From Calcarisporiella thermophila CBS 279.70 (lineage: Eukaryota > Fungi > Calcarisporiellomycota): a DNA stretch of 64,000 bases. The first letter of the stretch is position 1; every line of letters begins with the position of its first letter. The notes under the pieces were generated by a model. That model was given only the letters and a program-made list of their open reading frames with translations, had not been told where the DNA came from and ran no database searches. The stretch spans positions 557,267 to 621,266 of the forward strand of contig NW_027192191.1 in NCBI RefSeq assembly GCF_041956535.1, in the 5' to 3' direction. The position numbers were made by a program, and so were the translations under genes. Of the stretch, positions 53,055-64,000 are shown in pieces.

Positions 53055-56000
53055 ATGAATCCCTCGGCGATTGCAGATATTCGGTATCGAAAAACGAGCC
53101 ACGCTCCGCTTCAAGATTCCCACTTAGGTGTGGAAGAAAAGGGGAAGCCCGGTATGTTTAAGGAGGTACAAAATGGGAGTTCCAAGCGTAAAGTTCGACT
53201 TTCAGGCACGTCGCACCTACAACATTGGATCAATATTACGGGACTGGTCCTCATTGCTATGGTCGTAAGACTCTATATGCTTAATCGGCCTGATTCGGTG
53301 GTGTAAGTCCCCCCCCTGCCCCTCGTTTTTATCAAATTTACCAAAGACATGAAAGGCGGTAATGACTTTCTTTTCTTTTTTCTCCAGTTTCGACGAGGTT
53401 CATTTTGGAGGCTTCGCCAGCAAGTACATCAATCGCAAATTCTTTTTCGACGTACACCCGCCTGTAAATATCCGTTGCTTTAATGGATCTTCATATTCAT
53501 TATGAATTGCTAACAATGATTTTAGCTTGCCAAACTTTTAATTGCAGGCGCGGCTAAACTCGCGGGCTTTGATGGAAGTTTTGATTTTAAAGAAATTGGA
53601 ATGTAGGCTACATATCTAGTTTCGACTTCAAATAGAAGCTTATTTATTTTTTTCGTAAATAGGGACTATATAGCACCCAAAGTGCCATATGTATATATTC
53701 GCTTGCTGCCAGCTGCAATGGGCATTGCTCTAGTCCCTATGGCTTATCTTACAATCAAATTTTCTGGGCACTCAACTGCCTCTGCCATGTTGGCAGCACT
53801 ATTGATCACTTTCGGTTAGCCAAGTTCGAATTCTATTGTCTAAAGTCCGTCTAGACCTGACCTGCTTTTGGTTGACTATTCCGAATATAGAGAATGCACT
53901 TACTACTCAGAGCCGTCACATTTTATTGGATTCTCCTTTGATCTTCTTCACCGGGGCAACCAACTTAATGTGGGTGAATTGGTTCAACCAACGTGACAGG
54001 TAAAGATAGCATCACCACAATCTGTCTTCTTTTAATTGATTTCTATATTAACTATAGGCCCTTCTCCCCATTATGGTGGTTCTGGCTGAGCATGACGGGT
54101 GTATGCCTTGGGTTAACCGCAAGGTAAACCTTTATTAATTTTATAATTTTTGGTTTTATATTTCATACTGACTCCAACACTATGCGCAAATAGCTGTAAA
54201 TGGGTGGGTCTTTTCATGATTGCCACCATTGGACTCTCTACCGTCAAAAATCTTTGGGACATGTGGGGCGATTTGAGAGTTAGCCTGGTGAGTGCTCGTA
54301 TGAATTTAGAGTATACTCTTTGCGTTATATTAATCACGAGAATAATACTTTATTAGACTACGTTTGCAAAACATTTTATTGCTCGTGCTATTTGCTTAAT
54401 CGTCATCCCTGCACTCGTGTACATGTCAACCTTCAAGGTTCATTTTTGGGTATTAAAGAACAGCGGGGATGGAGACGGGTTCATGACTGCTGAGTTTCAG
54501 AAAACCCTTGCGGGCAACGAGGCCGAACCGGTACCTCTTGGTGTGTATTGGTGAATAATATTTTTTTTTCGCCTTTATAACATGCTTGCCTTCTTTTCTA
54601 GATATTGCTTATGGTTCGGAAATAGTTCTTCGTCATCGTAATACCCAAGGTGGATACTTGCATTCCCACTCTCACCTTTATCCCAGTGGCAGCAAGCGTA
54701 AGTCAGCGCAGGATGGATGTTTAGAAGCCAACAGCTAACCGGTATTGTTGCCTTTTATCCTACTTTTTACTGCAGAGCAACAAATTACTCTCTATCCACA
54801 CAGAGACGAAAATAATGTCTGGATCATCGAGCGAAGAAATGCATCGGAGTCTAGTGGATCAGAGCTGGATTGGGTCAAGAATGGTGATATCGTCCGTCTT
54901 GTGCATAAAATAACGAAAATGCGACTTCACAGCCACGAAATTCGTCCTCCGGTAACGGATCGTGATTATCATAATGAAGTCAGGTAAACTGCATTCGATA
55001 GAATACGCAATATAGGATACCAATTTCGCTTTGGTTGCTTCCGATAGTGGCTACGGATTCCCCGGCTTTGACGGAGACGCTAACGACGACTGGAAATTAG
55101 AAATCACTGAACACGAGCCCAGTGACCCAGAATCAAAGGATCGCTTGCACGCCATTAACAGCAAGTTCCGGCTTATTCACATGTTTACTGGCTGCCATCT
55201 CTTCTCGCATACTGTCCAGCTGCCCGAGTGGGGCTTCGGCCAACAGGAGGTGACTTGCATTAAAAGCGGAAAATACCCGAATACGGTCTGGTATGTCGAG
55301 AACAATTCGCATCCAAAACGTAAGTTTGATCATATCTTTTTGTTTGCATGTTCTTCTCTACAACGGCTTTTCTTTACATCTAATAGTATCACCGGATGCA
55401 CCCAAGGTCAATTATCGGAAACCGACTTTTTTCCAAAAGTTTTTGGAACTAAACAAGGTTATGTGGGACGTTAACAATAAGTTGACCGGCTCGCATCCCT
55501 TTGATTCCCGTCCACCTGCATGGCCCATATTACGTCGGGGGATTAGCTACTGGGGAAAACAGAACACGGATATTTACCTGCTTGGGAATCCACTGACATG
55601 GTGGAGTTCAACTCTCGCTGTTATGGCCTACGGAATTTACAAAATAATCATGGCTGTTTCAGAGCAACGTGGGTATAGAAAACGGGTCACTGGTAATCTT
55701 GGAAAGCATTGTAACTGAATACTCCTGCATCGATGCTAAATCATCCCTCTTCCTGAAAATAGCCCTCTACGAATTCTACAATAACAGTGCTGGATATTGG
55801 TTTATGGGATGGGCGCTCCATTTTTTCCCTTTCTTCTTGATGTCCCGGCAACTATTCCTACATCATTATTTGCCCGCACTCTACTTTGCTATAATGCTTT
55901 TGTCGGTGTGCTTTGATTTTGCCGTTTACCGGCTCTCGGCTCGGCAGCGACTTGGTGCGATGCTTATTTGCGTCATCGTTGTCGCTTTAGTGTTCCGCCA

Positions 56001-56277
56001 GTATGCTCCTATAACCTACGGTCTCCCATGGACGAAAGGCCAGTGCCAGCGCTCTAAATTGCTTAGAACTTGGGATTATGATTGCAACAAATTGCCCGAG
56101 GTACTACCCACAGAGACCATGATATCAACCGAATCTCCTGCCGCTGGCGCTGAATCAGCAACGCTATCCGAAACTATGCAGAATCAGGTTCAGAGTCAGA
56201 GCGAGAATTTTAATGAAAACCTGAGCATTCCAGAGACCCGGGAGCAGTCCACAGAGAATGCTCAAAGTAATGCGTAG
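53055..56277 (+). CDS. PMT1: Dolichyl-phosphate-mannose:protein O-mannosyltransferase, PMT1-like (many exons)
   Basis: VV|FDEVHFGGFASKY...FFDVHPP; MIR domains (GGYLHSH, RLHSH, GFGQQEVTC); HPFDSRP..WP; RQLFLHHYLPALYF. Confidence 0.93.
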
Positions 56278-56609
56278 AGAAGGAGTGCAGGTTTCATTCA
56301 TAGATATTGTAAAATCTGCAATTGCAGTATCGCCAATGGCAAAGTACAATTCAATGTATGTTTTTTTGAAATGTTTGTAATATATGAGCGTGTATTTTAG
56401 TAATGAAATGGTGACCTGTGGCGCGAATATAAAATTTATTAGAGCAAAATAAATTCAAGGTAGATATAAGGATATTGAATACAGTTTTAGTGCGAACAAA
56501 CAAAAAAGAGATAAATAAGTCTCATTAGAGCATATAACGGACCAGGAACCCACCTAGTGTCTGGCCTTAAAAAAAATGATTCATCAGTATAACATACCAG
56601 ACTACAAAA

Positions 56610-57482
56610 TCATAATACAAAATCAGGGAATCCTTGATCCTCCTCAAAGAGATGGGCTATATCAACCATTTCTCTAGTATGATCTAAATTTTCTAATGGC
56701 CAAATTGAATCTAGACACTCGATTTGTGGCAAATATGGTCCAACCTTGTCATCGATCTCAGCAATTGGGCTATATTGATCATCATGAATATACCCTGTAG
56801 GGTATACACTAACGTCAAATTCAGATTGAACTAAGTCTAGCCAAGCCCAGTTAATCGGGTCGAGTATATTGGGTAGTGGTGCATTTGGCAGCAATGGCAG
56901 CTGAAGCTGATCAGAAAAATAAGTTTCCTCCGCTGTGTGTTGAGTATCAGGTTGATGGCACTCTATTGTGGAGGGCTTCTCATTCGAACCGGAGCTTTTG
57001 ATCGACTCTAAAGAGTTAATAGGCGGTCTTTCGATAATGAAATGGGAATCGATTGGATTGAAGCGATGGTTGCTGAAATTTTTGCATAGGTGTTGTACCT
57101 TCGCATGATCGGCTCGAACTTCATATTCTTTCTTTATTTCTTCTGGTTCTTGGCGCCACATATTAGCAATGACTTTTGATATCGCAGAGCTATGCATTTT
57201 TGGGTTGAGTGCTGCGACTTTCTGACAATGTTCTTGCCGATAGAGGATGAAAGCATTCGGCGGTCGCCGGATTCTTGAAGCTGTCATGGGAATTTTCTCT
57301 TTTTTACCCGTTTCCACTGTAGACTTCTTATTTTTGTTTTTTTTGGAATCCACATTGATATTGGAATCCCGAATTCCGAGAATTGGACACGAATTATAAT
57401 CCTTATGACCACACACAAACTGAATGGGTCTCTCACTTTGAGGATTACTGAGTGAAGTAGCTGTATCATGTGAATATGACAT
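56610..57482 (-). CDS. Intronless MATA-type/Sox-like HMG-box transcription factor
   Basis: RIRRPPNAFILYRQEH...NPKMHSSAISKVIANMWRQEPEEIKKEYEVRADHAKVQH; acidic/hydrophobic C-terminal activation-like region. Confidence 0.9.
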   Translation of the reverse strand: MSYSHDTATSLSNPQSERPIQFVCGHKDYNSCPILGIRDSNINVDSKKNKNKKSTVETGKKEKIPMTASRIRRPPNAFILYRQEHCQKVAALNPKMHSSAISKVIANMWRQEPEEIKKEYEVRADHAKVQHLCKNFSNHRFNPIDSHFIIERPPINSLESIKSSGSNEKPSTIECHQPDTQHTAEETYFSDQLQLPLLPNAPLPNILDPINWAWLDLVQSEFDVSVYPTGYIHDDQYSPIAEIDDKVGPYLPQIECLDSIWPLENLDHTREMVDIAHLFEEDQGFPDFVL

Positions 57483-58021
57483 AATGGTGGGAAAGGAAAA
57501 TGCAAATTCCTTCAGATGGAATTAGCCAAGTGTAAGAAGAGATTACTGGTGCAATGAGATACAACTTATCTCTTAGTTTATATAAAGTTTTTCATTTCTC
57601 CACTTTAAAATTTCTCAGTTCTTTGTCTTTTAAAATTTTTTTTCACGTTAGTATCTAGTCACACATATGGTCGAAGAATAAAGTAGATTTGCTTCTCAAA
57701 TGAGAAAAACTAGATAAAAGATAGACTCTAATAGAATATATCATTCAATAATTCAATATAATACTACTTATATTTTATTGTCTCTGAATTAGTACGAATT
57801 TATACGATAGCTTGATATCTGTATAAGGAAAAATTATTTTATAACCGAATATGACTACTAGCTTCGAGTACTTTCCCCTCTAAATCTAAGGAATTTGTTT
57901 TCTTTATTTAATTAGAGTTCATTAAGAACCAAGTGATTTAACAAAGAAAGTTTATTTTTTGGCAACACGAATAACATTTTACTTTTATTCTTTTTCTTCT
58001 CAATTGTATTTTTCATTTACT

Positions 58022-58588
58022 ATGGATTCCAAAGGTTTAGAATTATATACTATATATGAAGTGTTTCCAATTTTGACTTCACAATGCTGGAATATTTGCG
58101 ATGAAACCTCTATTAAAATGCATCTTATCACTCGTGAAGAATTGCTTCAATCGTCAGGATTAGCTACAATGTTTAATACTAGTGCAAAAATGAAAACATT
58201 TTACCTGGGCAGTGAGACCATCACTACAATTACAGCATTTATAATTGATCAATCAGTCATTTCTCTTTGGATTCGTCCAGAAATTCTCATTAAACAAACT
58301 CGTTTTTTTGAAAGGATACTTAGTGATCTTTCGCCAGGCGAGGAGTTTCTTCTTATTGTCCCAGAAAAGCGTGCGTTTGCAGATATTTGTCGTTGGCTTT
58401 ATTTAAAGGATGATGAATCATGGTTTGCATCATTGGACCATAATAATATTGGAGTCGTAGAAGAGATGTTAGCTGAATTGGAATTAATCGAGATAGTTGA
58501 AATACATGCTGTGCAAGTTATGAATGGCAGACTTGGGTTTAAAAAGAGAATACAAGCACGCCTTAAGAGTAATGTGTTGAGTAATTGA
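58022..58588 (+). CDS. Hypothetical protein, possibly a degenerate BTB/POZ fold
   Basis: Intronless ORF. The pattern IL...TRFFERIL...P..RAFADICRWLY.....N...V...L.EL resembles BTB helices. Confidence 0.55.
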   Translation: MDSKGLELYTIYEVFPILTSQCWNICDETSIKMHLITREELLQSSGLATMFNTSAKMKTFYLGSETITTITAFIIDQSVISLWIRPEILIKQTRFFERILSDLSPGEEFLLIVPEKRAFADICRWLYLKDDESWFASLDHNNIGVVEEMLAELELIEIVEIHAVQVMNGRLGFKKRIQARLKSNVLSN

Positions 58589-58654
58589 ATTTTTGTATTT
58601 ATATTATTATATTATTATGCTATCTTTCTGTTGAAATGAAAATATATAATCATG

Positions 58655-60102
58655 TCATAAATTATCTCCACTGACAAATGTCCACACCTCTATTACACCA
58701 TTTAAAAGCGAAAATATCAATTCATTTTTACCATCGCAATTTAAGTCCGATACCGCGATGCAATGTACCCAATCACTGGTAGGAATACTTAAAAATATCT
58801 AATGTATAACGTATTATTAAATTCATTAGGCTTCAAGATAATATAAGTATAAATACCTCCCCTTCGCGAAGGATATGACATTTATCAAAATGTCCAGTAC
58901 AAACTAAAGAATCAGCTCCTTGATTTTCTAGTCGAATTGTAACAAGATTTGTAATTGGATGCTCTAACTGAAAGTAAGGAAAGACTTTTGTTCGCTAAGA
59001 ATATGTGATGAAATGTGTTAAAATATGCAACATCGGATTTTGCCAGCAACCACATACCTCGTGACTATCTAGAATGTACACAGTTCCATCATCACCGCCT
59101 AAGGCTACTTGATAATATTTTTCATTTACAGGAGTTCGGGTAAAGTTACCACGACACATCTAGAATTTGCATCGGTTATATTAAATTCGTCAGAGATGAA
59201 ATGTTAACAAAGATATACCGTATTAATGACACTCGGTAGTTTTATGCTAAGCACTCTGGAGCCGTTTTGAATAAAATGGACAAAAGGAGTTCCATCGCAT
59301 ACCAGAAGATAACTAGTCTCAACACCAAATTTATCCGGCAATATTGTATATAACATACAGCGTATGGCTGGGTCCATACGATTTGAATCCTAAATTGCTT
59401 CAAAATAAATATATGACTACTCCATTCATATCTCAACATCAAATAATCTAACCAGTCCAGATGATATAATCGACGTTGATTGCTCCACGAGGTTCAATTT
59501 CCAGTTTTGCTCATGTAGACGAAAGCTAGTGAGTTTTCCTGACGCATCTCCAACTATGATTTCAAATTCCCCAGCTATAAAAAATAATCAGTTCCAATTT
59601 TATAAACCAGTTTTACAATTAATAATAATATACCAGTATCGCAGTATTTCTCTAAACACGTAACTGGAGAACCCACAAAATCTCTACTCAAGATCTGTGA
59701 ACGGGAAAACAATGTAACATTGCCATAAGAATCCCCCGAAACTAAATCCAATTGCTTAAATCCAGTTAGATCTTGAAGCATAAGAGACTGAATCGGTCCT
59801 CCTTTAGTTTCTAGAGTGACGTCTTAAAAAATATTCAAGTTAATTTGTTTTGTAATATTTCATCATTTCATAAAAAACATACCTGATATTGGAGTATTTC
59901 TAATATTAGGTGACACCAATGATACGCGTCCACCTTCATTTCCAACAATGATATATTCATCTTCAAGACCAAATGGTGAGCCAATTGTCAAGGAATTTAT
60001 AAAGTCATATTTCTTCCACCAGATTTTCTTCGGTATAATTTCAATCTTAGGTAAATTTTCCGTTGAAGAATTTTCGAAATTTAGATCATTAGTTTCAGCC
60101 AT
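58655..60102 (-). CDS. Beta-propeller (WD40/FG-GAP-like) protein, multi-exon
   Basis: Repeated blades IIVGNEGGRV, LVSGDSYGNVTLF, IIVGDASGKL, VALGGDDGTVYI, LVCTGHF and GVIEVW with GT-AG introns. Confidence 0.7.
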
Positions 60103-60381
60103 TAGCAGTTTCTAATAAGAGTAACGCGATTGTGAATTAAACATTAATTATGTGGCGTAGCCGCAAACTAAATGAAAATAATAAAACATCAAGAAAGATT
60201 TAAAGAATCCTTATCAATATGCGAGAGTTTCCAGCTTTTTAAATGTGTGTCCCAGTGATAATGAAAAATAATAAAACAAAGAAAAACAGTGGAAAATGAT
60301 AAAGTTTTTGAAATAAATAGACACGAAAAATGGATATAATAAATATCATACGAGTGCAATATGAACAAAACAATTGGGCTA

Positions 60382-61062
60382 TTATATCATGTGATCTCTA
60401 TGTGAATTCGTGGAAATTTCCAATAAAGTAATGATGAGGAGGGCAATCTTAGCATAAAGCTCTTTATCAATCTCCTCTACACTAAAAATTTTCGTAGAAG
60501 AACCGCTGCTATCAAATTTTGGGAACCTACGTCGCGCATTGGAGAACCAGTTTGAAACTTGTTTTAGCGAGAGACACGCGTGCTCAGCTAAGAAAATTTT
60601 CTCTTCGAGCGAAGGATAGGTGTTAACACCATGATAATACAAACGAAGAATCTCGAGCTGCTTTTCAGAAAACGAAATTCTAGATCTTGTGTGGCCCCCG
60701 GCGTCGGCTATAATCGTATTCGAGTAAGACAGCTCCGAAAATTCTCTCGACATTATATGTCTCACTTTCTCAGGAGAACCACTAGAAAGTATATTGCACA
60801 TTTCACAAATATCCAAATCCGCCCCCAAACGATGTTTTTGTAGGGGAATTAACAAAGTCTCCAGAGTTCGCAGAAATTCGTTGCGAAATTTTGATTGATT
60901 CTCCTCTAATTCTGAAATTCCAAGGACCCTAATTGAGTCTAACATCCCATAAACATCGTTGAACCACTGGGTAAGTGAAATCTCAGACAGATCGTTCCGA
61001 GTTGCCCATTCTTCGATTTGATGAATAATCGTAGATAATTTATGCTTTAGAGATGAATTCAT
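60382..61062 (-). CDS. Homeodomain transcription factor, HD1/TALE-like recognition helix, with an N-terminal helical domain
   Basis: [18 protein letters not shown]...[31 protein letters not shown]; continuous ORF from MNSSLKHKL. Confidence 0.88.
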   Translation of the reverse strand: MNSSLKHKLSTIIHQIEEWATRNDLSEISLTQWFNDVYGMLDSIRVLGISELEENQSKFRNEFLRTLETLLIPLQKHRLGADLDICEMCNILSSGSPEKVRHIMSREFSELSYSNTIIADAGGHTRSRISFSEKQLEILRLYYHGVNTYPSLEEKIFLAEHACLSLKQVSNWFSNARRRFPKFDSSGSSTKIFSVEEIDKELYAKIALLIITLLEISTNSHRDHMI

Positions 61063-62757
61063 TTGAATAAATAAGAGGAAAAAAAAAGAATATATTAATA
61101 TTTCCACCTATATATCTTCCAAATCAAATAAGAAGCTAATAATTTACTTAGTTTTGCTCATCGATTGAATATGCACTCTGTTCAATGTGAAAAACTTAAA
61201 TGAGTTTAAACTCAGAGTTGAGAATCAGTAATATGAGAAATGAATTCAGCACAATGAGTATCACTGCTCTAGCTCAAAACAATTTGTATATATCCACTAT
61301 TGAGGCGATCTTCTTCTTGCATCAGGTGTAGTTATGCTAACTCAGCCATATGCCAATTTGCAATGCTTTTTTACCGAAGAATTGGATATTTGTAGCAAAA
61401 TCGAGTTGATCATATATTGAAATTGGTTCCTCCATCAATTTCAATTAAAATATCAAAAGCCTTTTCACACTGGATTAACTGGATCATTCATTTGGACTCT
61501 TAAATTAAAAAAAAATTGGCTAAAAACAAATCTTTTCACAAACGAGCATTATGATGAGGTTAAAATATCAATAAGTCTACAAGAATATTTAAAAAATTCT
61601 TACGTTTCTCTTCTGTATACTATTTTCCTTATTGGCGGTGTTGTAGAGTAGCACTAAAATAATTTAGCGATAGTTATCCCTATTATAATTCAATTTGAAT
61701 TATGTAATACTTGTAGCTCTTATTTTGTTATAGCTCTGACTAGGACATGCAGGCAGTTTAACGCTCTAGCCTGACCATGTTTGTTGATACATAACGCGGA
61801 CTTGGATTTTAACAACAAAGGGGTGTTTAGATATGTGTTTTGTAGGCAATATGCCCAACAAATCGATGCTATATCTCAAGATAAGTATGGAACGTCTATG
61901 CCAAAAGCCATCCTATGTCTGAGAGGGGTGCCACAGTTCTTGGAGAGGGATTTGCCAAAGAGAGGAAGATTGCATAGGAAGATGTGAGGGGAAATTAGAT
62001 ACACGTTTCATGTTGGTATTGGGGATAGCGCAGCCTCAATGGGAAATTGACCTTTCCCACCACGCAGTATAAAGTTCCGGGATATTTATTAAGTCGCTCG
62101 ACTCCATCCAATAGCGAATACGACTTTGCGTCTGTACCCTAGCACCTAGGCTTAGGCTCGGAAACAGACCCAGGTGTGTCGCTCCAGTTGCACATACGCA
62201 CAGAGATGCTCATTGATGTGATCAGTTGCCATATTGGTGTTATAGGAGATATGTGCTCTTCTCGAACGTGCGTTAATGGCCTGACGAAATTCCAGAGAAG
62301 TGTTCGGTGAATATGGCGCCGAATTTCAGTCTCACCATGATAGATTTTTAATGCATTTTAACGGCTCACTTTTTCACTGAAACGACAAATCACTGTCCAT
62401 CCTGGAGCTACATGGCCATGTTTGTTAAAGTCCCATTTACTTTTGAGGCTCAATTTTGCTATAATCATTATCGAATTGTTCTAAATCCTGTATTCATCCA
62501 ATCATCATGCTTACCATTCCTCCACGGCCCAATTTTACGTCACGGCATGGACTAATTTCGATTTTTTATATTCAACCTTTTTTTTTTTTCAACTCCAGAG
62601 TGCACGGTGCTTCCGTTTTAATGGAATTGGGTCCATGTACGTTGAGACTTTTGAGCATGTAAGAACTTGAACGCAATTAACTCTTGGATTGGTCGGGAAG
62701 TAAAGAGAATTCGACATTGACAAGCAAGAAAAAATTATACTATTTCGCTTTACCATA

Positions 62758-64000
62758 ATGGGGCTCGCCATTCCTCTCACAACCACAACGCTCTCAGACA
62801 ACTCAGTCCATCCCTATGTATCCGCATTACGGAGGACTCACAATTTCCATGATGAATCACTCAGATGTATGACTATTTTATTATTATATACTCAGTGAAA
62901 TTAGACCACTGACGCTCTCTCTAGCATTCGAAGGAAGAGGCGAAATTTCGCTAGAAAATCTCACGGAGTCCGTATACACAGTAGAACAAACACCGACAAC
63001 ATTTCTCGCTGCATGTTCCGCGAAGCTGGCAGATGAGCTCAACCCTTTTGAAAATAGTTTTTCTAGCGGTTCAGAATCTGTAAAAGACACAACCGCTATC
63101 ACTTCGCCTTCGCTGAACTCCGAAGTGGTACGTGTTCAGCAGGATGCACGTCCGTCGCTCCCGGCACTCGCATCAGTTATAGATGGCCGACAGACTTGTT
63201 CTTTCTCTAGTGGAGAACGCTCGCGAAAGGATATGGTGGCCTCCCCGATGTTACCGGCTCTTCAGAGTACAATTGGGTTAGAAGAGCCTATCCCCCTATT
63301 TAGTACTCTGCCTCAACGATCATTGCAGTCTTCCGCGACTACTGCCTCCCTTTCTGCACCTTTCGGTTCATTAGTGTCGTCTGCCAATTTTCAAAGTTGT
63401 GCACCAACTATTTTTGCATCCTCCAAAGAGAAAATTTCTTCAACCGAGACAATCGTAAGCAATCCCAAATTACTGAAGGACGTGGGTAAAGAGGGAATGC
63501 AACTTCCCCAATTGATGGGGCCAGGAGATGATGCAAGGCCCGTAGCTGCCATAAATATGGAATCCACCGGGAATAGTAGTGTCAAATTGGAACCATCGAC
63601 TCTTGGAGCAGACTCTGTCGAGCCTATCGGTAGGGGTACTAAAGCTGAAAATGAGTGCGAGGAAACGGTACAAAGTTGCACAAGAAGTGGGAAAGAGTTT
63701 GAAAATTCCAAAATAAAGCGACGGAAAACCTTGGCAAATGTAAAAATCTCGCCTGTCGGTAGTGAAGAGAAGCGACGAATAGTCTTGGAGAAGAACCGTC
63801 AATGTATATTCCTCTAAAGCTAGTTTTTGGATTAAGGCAGTCTCTAATTTCAGTCCATTGTTTTGCTATATAGCTGCTCAGAAGTGTCGCCAGCGAAAGA
63901 AGAAGTATGTAGCCGATCTACAGAAAAGTGTGCATCAGCTGACTTCGGAGAACACTCAACTAAAAAATAAAACCACCTCACTTCGAGAGGAGATAGTACG
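62758..64000 (+). CDS. ATF/CREB bZIP transcription factor (Atf1/ATF2-like); runs off the window, start uncertain
   Basis: EQTPTTFLAAC...ELNPFENSF (ATF2/Aft1-type N-terminal motif); bZIP EEKRRIVLEKNRQS|AQKCRQRKKKYVADLQ. Confidence 0.85.

Noticed and set aside
61730-62300. More GC-rich patch with broken reading frames, a possible transposon remnant
   Set aside because: No recognisable transposase/RT motif, terminal repeats or target-site duplication.

Overview
Gene-dense, intron-rich fungal genomic DNA with short GT-AG introns and CTAAC-like branch points. It is most likely from an early-diverging (non-Dikarya) fungus; this is inferred from gene content such as UBLCP1, TMEM42 and snRNP27 alongside fungal THI5, CHS4/SKT5, PMT1 and Tea4/Bud14. 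About 30 protein-coding genes are supported. The standout element is a complete TPP riboswitch aptamer (about 9916-10021) located DOWNSTREAM of the THI5/NMT1 stop codon rather than in a 5' intron. It has candidate splice donors, an AATAAA and an anti-aptamer sequence just upstream, which suggests TPP control of 3'-end processing or splicing as in plant THIC. The second notable region (56.6-61.1 kb) is an AT-rich cluster of an intronless MATA-type HMG-box gene, a divergent BTB-like ORF, a beta-propeller gene and an HD1-like homeobox gene, i.e. a candidate mating-type-like locus carrying both HMG and HD regulators. Also present are a membrane-anchored expansin-like DPBB protein with four 73-aa repeats, a decaying tandem family of small Cys-rich secreted proteins, and micro-exons. 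Exon boundaries were read by eye and multi-exon coordinates give the gene span.
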